A DNA stretch of 64,000 nucleotides from Patescibacteria group bacterium (lineage in GTDB: Bacteria > Patescibacteriota > Microgenomatia > UBA10105 > UBA927): assembly GCA_041753515.1 (NCBI GenBank), contig JBGSUE010000040.1, forward strand, positions 8,290-72,289. The letters run 5' to 3'. The notes under the pieces are model-generated. The model had not been told where the DNA came from, made no database searches, and saw nothing but the letters and a program-made list of their open reading frames with translations. Below, piece by piece: positions 55,523 to 64,000 of this stretch; position 1 is the stretch's first letter; each line of letters opens with the position of its first letter. The position numbers were made by a program, and so were the translations under genes.

Positions 55523-57025
55523 TACAGATATCTGCTCGGGCGATACAATGTATCGAATACTATATATTCGAATAATAGAATCTTTAACAAAATCGTCTGT
55601 TCCGTATATGAGTTCATTGAGTGCACTCGTTTTTTCTTCCGGCATATAGGTAAACGTGGGATGGCCTGCGAGCGTCCTGTGGGGAGTAAATGCGGGAAGA
55701 AGCGTTGAGAGTGTCTCAGGGGCGGCAACGACTCCGGGATTTTGTACAGAAAGAAATTCAATAACTGTCATCATATCATCGGGAACCATAACGAGAGGAT
55801 TAGTCATATTCTTTTCAACATACATATCCTGACGGCTCAGGCTAATGGCAAATGTCGGCATACCCAAAGCCACACTTGCCAATACAACGATATACATCCA
55901 TGTCCTCCTCATGGAAAACGGTTTCACGAAAACGGTTATCGCCAGTGTTGCCAGGAGCGCTGAAGGGATATACCCGGCTGACTGCAGATATCTGCCGTTT
56001 GAAACCGGAATAAATTGTGTGAAAAGCCCCAGTCCCAAAAATGGGAACAGAAACCATCCGAGAATGGTGTTCCACCGAAAATCGCGGCGATAGAGAAGAA
56101 ACGGGATTGATACGATAGCTATGACCCCCACTATTCCAAGCGTTTCCAGATACCCCATCATATTGATGGGGTACTGTACAAACCTCTCCCAATCACGGAA
56201 AGCGGTCCACGGAAAAGTGCTCCCCTGGATTTTCATCATGAAAAACACCTGGGCAATAAGGATAAGATAAAAAATCTCGATCTCGCCGAATTTGAATTTA
56301 TAGAGCCGGAGAAATCTGTAAAACGTCAATACGATCCCTGTGGCGATGGCCACACTCAAGGCCATCAGGCTTGCCGGATTGAGCCACACACTGACAAGAG
56401 CGCAACATGTTGCCCCGATAGTCAACCGGAATGACTGCAGTGTTTCTTTCCTTCTCTCAACCATACGCATGAAAAGTATCATGGCGGCGATCATAAAGGC
56501 ATTGGAAAATGTGTGATGCGGAAGCCATGAAACACGTAAGATCGGATCAAAACCGGTCCAGAATTCACCAGCCTGATACAGCGCTCCGCCTTTTGACCAC
56601 CAGAACGGAGCACCAAAACACATAAATAACAGCGCAATAATTCTCTGATGCAGAGTAAACCGCAGTTCAACAGCCAGTACATAGCCCGTAAACAGAAGCA
56701 TTGATCCTCCAACAATCCGTAGTACCGTATACATGGCAGGAATGCTTAAATGAAATATTTTTGCGGCCATGCCGGCCAGAGGAAAAAATGTGTTGATAAG
56801 CTGTGGCGTAAAAGTTTCCGGCGTATAGTTTGAAGTGAGAAGAAGCGATCCGTCATACCCCTGCCGCATTAGAGACAGATACCAGTAGTAGTCCTGTTCA
56901 TAATTGTGAACGAAAGGATACTCAAAGCCTTCAGGCATTTTTACTTGATACAGAAATGTCTGATACAAACTGACAACAACAAAAAATACTATTGCTGCGG
57001 CAACAATAAGATATCCCTTTTTCAT
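55463..57025 (-). CDS. GT-C-like paralog family member 6 (start trimmed to MKKGYLIVAAAIVFF)
   Basis: PEGFEYPFVHNYEQDYYWYLSLMRQGYDGSLLLTSNYTPETF. C-terminus MIRNSSYIVYERID. Confidence 0.55.
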   Translation of the reverse strand: MKKGYLIVAAAIVFFVVVSLYQTFLYQVKMPEGFEYPFVHNYEQDYYWYLSLMRQGYDGSLLLTSNYTPETFTPQLINTFFPLAGMAAKIFHLSIPAMYTVLRIVGGSMLLFTGYVLAVELRFTLHQRIIALLFMCFGAPFWWSKGGALYQAGEFWTGFDPILRVSWLPHHTFSNAFMIAAMILFMRMVERRKETLQSFRLTIGATCCALVSVWLNPASLMALSVAIATGIVLTFYRFLRLYKFKFGEIEIFYLILIAQVFFMMKIQGSTFPWTAFRDWERFVQYPINMMGYLETLGIVGVIAIVSIPFLLYRRDFRWNTILGWFLFPFLGLGLFTQFIPVSNGRYLQSAGYIPSALLATLAITVFVKPFSMRRTWMYIVVLASVALGMPTFAISLSRQDMYVEKNMTNPLVMVPDDMMTVIEFLSVQNPGVVAAPETLSTLLPAFTPHRTLAGHPTFTYMPEEKTSALNELIYGTDDFVKDSIIRIYSIRYIVSPEQISVSGFREMIRNSSYIVYERID

Positions 57026-57055
57026 CCCCCATAGTGTACTATTGTCCTGTATCAT

Positions 57056-58714
57056 ATGTCCAAAACAACGAAGTATATTCTGATCGGTGCAGTCGCCATA
57101 CTTGTGTTTCTCCGGCTTCATATGGGCATCACCCGTTTTTTTGACTCCGATGAAATGAGCCATATGCACTGGGCGTGGCTTGTATCCCGTGGCGATGTGC
57201 CCTTCCGCGATTTTTTCTATTACAATCTTCCCGGTTACCAATATGTGATCCTCTGGCCGTTTTTCCTGCCTGCCTCATCCGGTATTCTCATCATCACCCG
57301 CCTCTGGCAGTTTTTAATGTACCTGGCAACCGTCGTCCTTCTGTATCGTTTTACTAAACGCCTGACAAACAGTTCCGTCATCGGTCTTCTGTCCTCCGTT
57401 ATCTTTCTTGCCTTCCCCATGACATTCGATAAAACAATCGACATCCGTCCTGACATGACGATGATGCTGTTTTATCTTGCGGCGCTTGAACTTACTCTCA
57501 CCACAAAAATTTGGTCACAGTCACGGGCTTTTTTTCTTGGATTTCTCATTGCGCTCTCAATCGGTGTGACGCTCAAAACCATCGTGTTTGCCCTGCCGGC
57601 ACTCCTCTTTGTTTTTTTTACCAACAAACCAAAACCGAGCCCGATACAGACCATCACGGCATTGTCCGGGATCATTCTTCCGGCTCTTGTGTATTTTTTG
57701 TATCTTACTGTCACTGATGCGCTCATTCCCGCAATCACCATGATCACAAAAGACGCCTTTGCGGTAAATGCCGGCAAAGGCACATTCTCTCCCTGGAAAG
57801 CCTTGTCCCCCTATCCCCTTGTCTATCTGGCGGAGGGCGGCGTATCCCTCCCATGGATCATAAACACCGGAATCTGGATTCTGTCAGTTGTGGGGTTTAT
57901 CAAACTGATCCTGACGAAAAAATCCAAAAGTGCGTTTCTTGTCATATATTTTTTCTTCGGTATCATATTTCTTTTTCTCTTTCCGGCTCCGTACTTGCAG
58001 TATTTTCTCCCGCTGTCCGTCTTTGTTTCCGTCCTTGCCGCGATAGCTATCCAAAAATATCAGTCTGCCCCTTTAGCATTCGTCGTCTGTGCACTTCTTG
58101 TAAGTTCATTTTTTATCCAATATAAAGAGCGGACAGGAATAAAAAACTCCAATGCAGAACAACTCAGCGTCATCTCCTCAACGCTTGAAATGAGTCGCCC
58201 CAATGAAACATTTTATGATATGGTGGGCTCCTACATATTCCGTCCGGACGGGTTTATCCTCTGCTGCCATCCATACAATGAATTTGCCGACCGATTGTCC
58301 ACACAAGTACCGGCCCTGCGCGATTCGCTAATTGAGCGCGAAACGAAATTCATCGTCATGGACCGGACTGCTATTGTTTTCTGGTATCCCTATCCCCAAG
58401 ACCTGACATTTCTTAAATCGCATTATTTCGTATCGGAAAAAAACTGGAAAATATACCTGCATGGCTACAGATTCGGATGTATGGATGGAAAATGCACACA
58501 GTACGATATTGAAGATACCCCCGTATCACCCGCTTCATCATTTTATATTATCGGCGCCGATACTTACAGAGTGACCGTCACACCCCAAAACCAGACTGTG
58601 GCAATCGACGGCGTTTCGTACGGCAACAGTGCAACGGTCCCGTTGTCAAAAGGTAATCACACCTTCACCGCCGACCCCGCCGTCACCTCCTGGACCATTC
58701 AACTAAACAGGTAA
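57056..58714 (+). CDS. GT-C-fold membrane glycosyltransferase, ArnT/PMT-like
   Basis: RFFDSDEMSHMHWAWLVSRGDVPF is the GT-C acidic motif. Paralog of 11177-12592. The beta-rich C-terminal domain is probably periplasmic. Confidence 0.65.
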   Translation: MSKTTKYILIGAVAILVFLRLHMGITRFFDSDEMSHMHWAWLVSRGDVPFRDFFYYNLPGYQYVILWPFFLPASSGILIITRLWQFLMYLATVVLLYRFTKRLTNSSVIGLLSSVIFLAFPMTFDKTIDIRPDMTMMLFYLAALELTLTTKIWSQSRAFFLGFLIALSIGVTLKTIVFALPALLFVFFTNKPKPSPIQTITALSGIILPALVYFLYLTVTDALIPAITMITKDAFAVNAGKGTFSPWKALSPYPLVYLAEGGVSLPWIINTGIWILSVVGFIKLILTKKSKSAFLVIYFFFGIIFLFLFPAPYLQYFLPLSVFVSVLAAIAIQKYQSAPLAFVVCALLVSSFFIQYKERTGIKNSNAEQLSVISSTLEMSRPNETFYDMVGSYIFRPDGFILCCHPYNEFADRLSTQVPALRDSLIERETKFIVMDRTAIVFWYPYPQDLTFLKSHYFVSEKNWKIYLHGYRFGCMDGKCTQYDIEDTPVSPASSFYIIGADTYRVTVTPQNQTVAIDGVSYGNSATVPLSKGNHTFTADPAVTSWTIQLNR

Positions 58715-58716
58715 TC

Positions 58717-58745
58717 TTGACACAAAATCGCCATCCTGATAGTCT
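58717..58745 (+). promoter_or_regulatory. promoter TTGACA-N17-TAGTCT, 7 nt upstream of the ATG at 58753 (leaderless-type)
   Basis: Direct reading of 58717-58752. Confidence 0.45.
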
Positions 58746-58752
58746 GTAGTCC

Positions 58753-59493
58753 ATGAGTGAGACGGGTGATGAACAGCTGTTGCCTCCTGAAAATTATACG
58801 AAGGTCATTCTTATTGCCATCGGTGCGGTTGCGGTGTTGAGCGCAATCACCATTGGTGCATACCAGTATGCAAAAAAACGCTCCGGTGTGGTGGTACTAC
58901 CGGGCGGCACCACATATCTGGGGCCATCCGATACCCCCGTCCAACCACCTCCCGAAACAGAACCCGCAAAACCGGTCATTGATGAAAACACAAAATGGAT
59001 AGAACATAAAGGCATCGACCACCCGTTCACATTTCTCTACCCCGAGTCCATCGAACTGGTCACATTTCCCAAAGACATCACGGAATCGGCCGGATTCGGC
59101 TGGGGAAATATCCAACCGCAGAGTAATCTTCTGTTCCGCATTATTGATATCAACGCATCGGAACCCGCGATGGTAAAATACATCAACCAGCCCAAAATCG
59201 AATATGTGAAACACTGGTGGGAACAGTATACCGGCGGCCTGAAAGGCGTCGAATCGGTGACCCCATTCACAAACTCCCGCGGCATGAAGGGATACCGGGC
59301 AAAATATTTGAACCATTCGGATCAGACCCCCAACGACGATATCTTTTTTGAAGTGCCCGGTAGACGCGACCTGATGGTCCGTTTTGGTAACGGTCCCCTG
59401 GAAAAAACGGTATTCGATAAAATAATCGACTCATTTTCCTGGGGAAAAACTGCACAACCTACAACCATTTCATCCCCAATTCCATCCCCGTAA
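58753..59493 (+). CDS. hypothetical single-pass membrane protein with Pro-rich linker and extracytoplasmic domain
   Basis: One TM segment (VILIAIGAVAVLSAITIGAY), then PVQPPPETEPAKP. No recognisable domain. Confidence 0.5.
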   Translation: MSETGDEQLLPPENYTKVILIAIGAVAVLSAITIGAYQYAKKRSGVVVLPGGTTYLGPSDTPVQPPPETEPAKPVIDENTKWIEHKGIDHPFTFLYPESIELVTFPKDITESAGFGWGNIQPQSNLLFRIIDINASEPAMVKYINQPKIEYVKHWWEQYTGGLKGVESVTPFTNSRGMKGYRAKYLNHSDQTPNDDIFFEVPGRRDLMVRFGNGPLEKTVFDKIIDSFSWGKTAQPTTISSPIPSP

Positions 59494-59514
59494 AAACGTG
59501 GTATAGTTGTTCAC

Positions 59515-61014
59515 ATGCAGGCGTTATTGTGGATCGTCATTGTTTTACTGACATCACTCTATGCATTAGGCAAATACCTCGTCGGTGTATCCCATACCCC
59601 TCCGGGATCTGTGTTTTTGGGTACAGTCCACTACCCCACGGATTATTTTATTTATCTGTCCGAGTATGCCTGGGGGCGGCACAGCTGGTTTTTCAATAGG
59701 GTTTTGCAGTCAACCGAGGCGCCTGGTGACAATCTCATCCGGTGGGTCAACGTATTCTGTGGTCATATATTCTCTCTCTTCGGCCTCAATCAGATCACAG
59801 CTTACCAAATCTCCGTTGTTCTTTTTACGGTAAGTATCATATATCTCTCATATACACTTCTTGTTAAAATATTGAAATCACGTCATGAGGCATTATACGG
59901 ATTATTCGTCTATCTGACAGCCAACGCATTCCCGGGCTGGGACGGATCAAATCTTTCCACATTCGATTTCTGGTACAACCAGGGAAATCCCCTCAACCGT
60001 CTCATCAACGTCCCCCATCATCTGTTGGGGCAAATTGCGCTCCTTGCTCTCGTTTACATCTGGATATCAAAAAAGAAAAATCTTCTTTCATTTGTGGTTG
60101 CCATCATCTGCGGCATGATTCTGGCAGGCGTGAACGGTGTGCATCTCCTGTTCGCAGCCGGCATCATGAGTGTGTCCCGTTTATCACTCCCTGTACTTTT
60201 TTCACTCATCGGCGCAGCCCCGATACTTTTATCTGTCAGGCACACATTAAGCATTCCCCCTCTCTCCAATATGATCATTTGGGAAACAAACAACCAAATG
60301 ATTCTGACCCCATGGCGGCTGTTTCTGGGATACGGCCCGATATTATTGTCCTTATTGCCTGCAACAATCATGTACTTGAAAAAACCTGACAGATTCAGAA
60401 TTTTTTCCCTTCTGTTCACATGGATCAGTCTTCTATTGTTTCTTTCCCCTATTCCAAAACTTCTTCATTTGGGAAACGTCCGGTTTCTCATACCCTTCAC
60501 TCATATACTTCTCAGCATCATGGTTATTGACATACTACGCAGAATAAAAATTCAGACAATAAAAACAATTATTGTTTCTGTATATATCGGGGTATCTGCA
60601 CTATCTTTGTATGCAACAGGGACAAAAATATATGCGCTCTACCAAAACCCCGCAAATCCCTTTTATTATCTGCCGAAACCAGTCTATTCTCTCTTTGCCT
60701 ATTCTGGAAATATATCCAAACCGGATGATGTATTTCTTTTAGGATGGCCGTACAACGCGATATTCCCTGGCATCTCCGGGTCACAATCATATTTTTCCGA
60801 AGTCCTCCTGGTAAAAGATCCGGTTGAAACCGGAAAATTGGCGGAAATATTTTTTTCAGACGAGTCACCGATCCCAGAGCGGATACAGTTTCTCAATCAA
60901 TTCGGTATCACCTACATCATTCATCGGGAAGAAACACTCTCCCCATCGTCTGGTCTTCCCATCCAACAAATCAGATCAGAAGGCGGATTTACATTATGGA
61001 AAGTCGTGAAGTGA
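59515..61014 (+). CDS. GT-C-like paralog family member 7
   Basis: PPGSVFLGTVHYPTDYFIYLSEYAWGRHSWFFNRVLQSTEAPGDN. C-terminus IRSEGGFTLWKVVK. Confidence 0.55.
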   Translation: MQALLWIVIVLLTSLYALGKYLVGVSHTPPGSVFLGTVHYPTDYFIYLSEYAWGRHSWFFNRVLQSTEAPGDNLIRWVNVFCGHIFSLFGLNQITAYQISVVLFTVSIIYLSYTLLVKILKSRHEALYGLFVYLTANAFPGWDGSNLSTFDFWYNQGNPLNRLINVPHHLLGQIALLALVYIWISKKKNLLSFVVAIICGMILAGVNGVHLLFAAGIMSVSRLSLPVLFSLIGAAPILLSVRHTLSIPPLSNMIIWETNNQMILTPWRLFLGYGPILLSLLPATIMYLKKPDRFRIFSLLFTWISLLLFLSPIPKLLHLGNVRFLIPFTHILLSIMVIDILRRIKIQTIKTIIVSVYIGVSALSLYATGTKIYALYQNPANPFYYLPKPVYSLFAYSGNISKPDDVFLLGWPYNAIFPGISGSQSYFSEVLLVKDPVETGKLAEIFFSDESPIPERIQFLNQFGITYIIHREETLSPSSGLPIQQIRSEGGFTLWKVVK

Positions 61015-61064
61015 TATAATCCTTTTACTCTGCCTACTCTTGCTCTTTTCCATCCCGCACAGAT

Positions 61065-61150
61065 TGTCATCCTGAGCGAGAGTGAAGGATCTCGTTTTTG
61101 GGGAGAAAGAGGGTTTCCCAACCCAACCCGTGAGCGACCGTCCACTCCCC
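61065..61150. repeat. half-copy of the type A element (tgtcatcctgagcgagagtgaaggatct) fused to a second hairpin (tttttggggag...ctccccaaaaa)
   Basis: Direct reading. Lies upstream of the ATG at 61182. Confidence 0.55.
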
Positions 61151-61181
61151 AAAAATAGTACACATATAAGGAAATGCACAC

Positions 61182-61610
61182 ATGTTCAAACTCAATACGC
61201 TTATCTTGATATTGCTGGGATTACCGATATACTTAACAACCCGCAGTGAAAATCTCTTCTGGTTTTCTGTGTGGGTTGCAGTACTGGCACTGTATCTGCT
61301 TATCAGCCTGATCAACAGTTTCAGGCTAAATCCTGATCCGTTACAGCTGAGTGCAGGAAGCAAGCAAAACATGTGGTTTACATGGCTTCCAAGCACAAAA
61401 GCAATTCTGCTGTACGAATTCGCCTGGCAAACATTTCTGAAACTTACAATAATCTTCTTTGCCATTTCCAGATTCTGTGCAGATTCAATTGCCTCCATCC
61501 GAAGTTTCTCAATATTCTTTCTCATGGCGGCAATAGCGATGCTTATCCTCTTCCTGCTAACGCTGCTGTTTTTCCGATTGAAAGAAGGCGCACATCAATT
61601 TAAAAAATAA
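61182..61610 (+). CDS. small membrane protein (4 TM), hypothetical
   Basis: Hydrophobic throughout. No recognisable domain. Confidence 0.45.
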   Translation: MFKLNTLILILLGLPIYLTTRSENLFWFSVWVAVLALYLLISLINSFRLNPDPLQLSAGSKQNMWFTWLPSTKAILLYEFAWQTFLKLTIIFFAISRFCADSIASIRSFSIFFLMAAIAMLILFLLTLLFFRLKEGAHQFKK

Positions 61611-61759
61611 CAACAGTTCAATTATCTTGGCGCAGATGCATATACATATCGTTTTTTTCATGGGAGTGAAAAACGATGGTCATATCGGACCCTGCGCCGG
61701 AGGACACGGTTTTGAAATGTTGAAACTGTGCGGGATGGAATTTGTTATAATCAGATCAC

Positions 61760-62113
61760 ATGAAAAAATTGCGGATTTTTGGATTTATTGTTATTGGCAT
61801 TTTTGTATTTCTCTTTTTATATTTGCGCACCAAAAATACAGAACCTGCACAGACCGCAACAACCCCGGACAATCCCAAAAACTGCCAGGTGAAGGAGTGT
61901 GAAAACGGTCAGTCGCAGATCTATCTTGAGGGCATCGGGTGGAGCCCGTGTGCCGACCGGTGCAGTAAACAGGATCTGGAAAACAACGGAGGCAAAAAAT
62001 CATGTGACTGCCCCCAAAACAGCGAATCAAAGACCTGCACAAATATCTGTCTTACCTTCGGAGATCCATGCAGCACTCAATACGATTACTACCAATGGAC
62101 AGGCTGCAGATAA
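61760..62113 (+). CDS. small Cys-rich secreted or membrane-anchored protein (10 Cys), hypothetical
   Basis: N-terminal TM or signal segment FGFIVIGIFVFLFLYL. CQVKECENGQ...CADRCSKQ...CDCPQNSESKTCTNICLTFGDPC. A -10-like TTATAAT lies 9 nt upstream of the ATG. Confidence 0.45.
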   Translation: MKKLRIFGFIVIGIFVFLFLYLRTKNTEPAQTATTPDNPKNCQVKECENGQSQIYLEGIGWSPCADRCSKQDLENNGGKKSCDCPQNSESKTCTNICLTFGDPCSTQYDYYQWTGCR

Positions 62114-62131
62114 TTTGGTTTAATAGTCTTC

Positions 62132-64000
62132 ATGGACGATGAATCTGCCGCACCTTCTGCATTTGAAAAACTGGCCGCACAATTCCGTACACATCCTTCA
62201 CGGTTTATTCTCCCCATTCTTATCCTCGGATTTCTTCTGCGCGTCGTCTTTCTCCCAAATCCCGGTTTTGAAGCGGATATTTCATTCTGGAAATCCTGGG
62301 GACTTGCCACATATGACCATGGTGCCGTCTGGGGAATTGAAAACACCAATAACAACTACCCCACGCCGTTTACCTATGTTTTAGGCATGATGACATGGGT
62401 CTATAGTTTATTTGCCGATCCCCACAACTTTCAGGAATACTGGTCAAATACGAATCTCCTGTTTTTGACTATCAGCAAAATGCCTGCAGTGATCGCAGAT
62501 TTTATTATTTTCTGGCTTTTCATCTTTATCGGAAAACACGCGAAAAAACTCGGATTTCCTGAACTTCCTTTCTCCATATACGTTCTTGCAGGTGTTGCCT
62601 TCTTTCTGTCGCCAATTACGATCATGGATAGTGCATGGTGGGGTCAGGTTGATAGTCTCGGTGTTCTGGTATTTCTGTTTGCCTTTTATCTTGCGCTCAC
62701 AAGAAAACCATATTTGGCGGGATTCATCTATATGGCTTCAATGATGACCAAACTCCAAAACATGATCTACGGTCCCCTGTTTTTTATCCTCCTCTGGCAG
62801 ATGACCGGCTATAAGGGGCTTCTGAAAGGCATGTTCGGCGCGGCTACCGCATTCATCGGGCTCAACTGGGAATTCATGATGGCGCGCAAAATGAACCTGG
62901 TTTTTGAATCGTTAACGGTCAATTACGATTACTTTCCGTTCATGTCCCTCAATGCGTACAATCTCTGGTGGCTCGTGGCCAAGGCCGACGGCATGCATAC
63001 ACTGGATAAATTCAGTGTTGTCGGCATAATAAATGCCAAAACGGTTGGACTATTTATTTTTTCTTCTCTTTATTTGCTATCAGTGTTAATCATGATAAAA
63101 GAAACGATCCGCATGATGTGGAAAAATTCCATTACAACGCTCACGGAGCAAAACACGCAGGACATTCTGTACAATTTTTTTTCCGGCATGATCATCGTCG
63201 CATGCGCATTTTTTCTCTTCCAAACCCAGTCCCATGACCGCTATGCGTTTCCTCTTGTTGTCCTTCTGCCGTTTTGGCTGTTATTTTTCCTGAAACGAAG
63301 TCTGACAAAAACGGAGCGCACAACACTCTACTCCACAAAATTATTCAAAAACTCCGTCCTATATTTCAGTATATTTACTCTCTTCTATTTTTATAACCTC
63401 CATAATGCAATGGTCGACAATTATCCGCTGAACGGTTTCCCGTTTGTACGCGACCTGAACATTCCGGCGGCCACAATCATCACGTCTGTCGTCCAGCTTA
63501 TTCTTTTTTTCGCATTTCTCTGGGCACTAGCCCGACACATATCTCCATACTGGTATGCGGTACCTCTCGGAACGGTCATCCTCCTGCTGACTATATCAAA
63601 TCTGCCGCTCATCACCCGCACTCCAGTGTCCATCAACCGTTTCTTCCCGATTATAAACCAACAAGGGTATGGAAAAATGCAAAAAAATATGCCGGTAAAC
63701 GCTCACCAGGGATTCAATTACTGGTCGCCTCTTTCGGTCCAATATGCGTTTTACAGAAACGGATACGGAACACATGCAAAAAGCTATCAATTGTTCAATA
63801 TTGCCGGAAAATTTGCCAAATTCTCGACAGACTATGGCATCGATACGGATGCCGGTGGGGCGGCATCCGCTACATTTGAAATTTACGGCGACGATAAACC
63901 GCTATATATCTCCGAAAAAATTGGACGGTACGAATATCCTCGGCATGTGGAAGTGGACGTAACGGGTGTCAAAATGCTCGGACTTGTCACCAACGATGCA
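62132..64000 (+). CDS. GT-C-fold membrane glycosyltransferase-like protein with C-terminal NPCBM carbohydrate-binding domain (partial; runs off window end)
   Basis: ATG at 62132 with the frame open to 64000. About 13 TM segments. C-terminal HAKSYQLFNIAGKFAKFSTDYGIDTDAGGAASATFEIYGDDKPLYISEKIGRYEYPRHVEVDVTGVKMLGLVTNDA matches the NPCBM consensus. Confidence 0.6.
   Translation, partial: MDDESAAPSAFEKLAAQFRTHPSRFILPILILGFLLRVVFLPNPGFEADISFWKSWGLATYDHGAVWGIENTNNNYPTPFTYVLGMMTWVYSLFADPHNFQEYWSNTNLLFLTISKMPAVIADFIIFWLFIFIGKHAKKLGFPELPFSIYVLAGVAFFLSPITIMDSAWWGQVDSLGVLVFLFAFYLALTRKPYLAGFIYMASMMTKLQNMIYGPLFFILLWQMTGYKGLLKGMFGAATAFIGLNWEFMMARKMNLVFESLTVNYDYFPFMSLNAYNLWWLVAKADGMHTLDKFSVVGIINAKTVGLFIFSSLYLLSVLIMIKETIRMMWKNSITTLTEQNTQDILYNFFSGMIIVACAFFLFQTQSHDRYAFPLVVLLPFWLLFFLKRSLTKTERTTLYSTKLFKNSVLYFSIFTLFYFYNLHNAMVDNYPLNGFPFVRDLNIPAATIITSVVQLILFFAFLWALARHISPYWYAVPLGTVILLLTISNLPLITRTPVSINRFFPIINQQGYGKMQKNMPVNAHQGFNYWSPLSVQYAFYRNGYGTHAKSYQLFNIAGKFAKFSTDYGIDTDAGGAASATFEIYGDDKPLYISEKIGRYEYPRHVEVDVTGVKMLGLVTNDA

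Noticed and set aside
61065-61150. Type A elements as MITEs with target-site duplications
   Set aside because: No consistent direct duplication flanks the copies, and no transposase is present. MITE status is left open.
1-64000. tRNA, rRNA, tmRNA, RNase P or insertion-sequence/transposase genes
   Set aside because: I could not recognise any tRNA-like GTTCGAATC arms or rRNA-like segments, and no transposase, integrase or reverse-transcriptase ORFs.

Overview
64-kb window from a compact bacterial genome that mostly lacks Shine-Dalgarno sequences. Most genes end in TGA stops, so I read it with the standard code. The pilin type and gene content suggest an uncultivated CPR/Patescibacteria-like lineage, but that is an inference. 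Left edge: the N-terminal ~555 aa of leuS on the minus strand, running off the window start. Next is an anomalous 2.1-kb AT-rich stretch with no credible ORFs and five iteron-like direct repeats. Then come three tandem type IV pilin genes, divergent from an O-antigen-ligase (Wzy_C) + TPR membrane protein that may be a pilin O-glycosylase. The remaining ~55 kb is one large cell-surface glycosylation locus. It holds 16 GT-C-fold polytopic membrane glycosyltransferase-like genes: ArnT/PMT_2-like, one YfhO-like, a 7-member uncharacterised paralog family with conserved N- and C-terminal signatures, and a final one with a C-terminal NPCBM domain cut by the window end. It also holds seven DPM1-like GT2 polyprenyl-phosphate sugar synthases, one carrying an in-frame TGA. 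Sugar-tailoring genes include five NAD-dependent epimerase/dehydratases, two DegT aminotransferases, a hexapeptide acetyltransferase, three SAM methyltransferases, a sulfotransferase-like protein, an APH-like kinase, two Kdo/WaaP-like kinases, a split transketolase, an SGNH hydrolase, a HAD phosphatase and an EamA transporter. A tRNA-dihydrouridine synthase and two type II toxin-antitoxin pairs (Phd-VapC, ParD-RelE/ParE) are embedded. The non-coding structure is unusually rich. An 80-100 bp inverted-repeat element family (TGTCAT...ATGACA, at least 10 copies) sits directly against start codons. Heptanucleotide tandem repeats occur between genes as (AATTCRT)n and inside CDSs as (GATTTGG)3, (GGTGAAA)n and (TTTTTCC)3. 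A 20-bp perfect palindrome is present twice. A leaderless-type promoter layout (-35, N17, -10, N5-8, ATG) recurs. My line-based coordinates for repeats may be off by 1-2 nt; CDS coordinates follow the ORF track.
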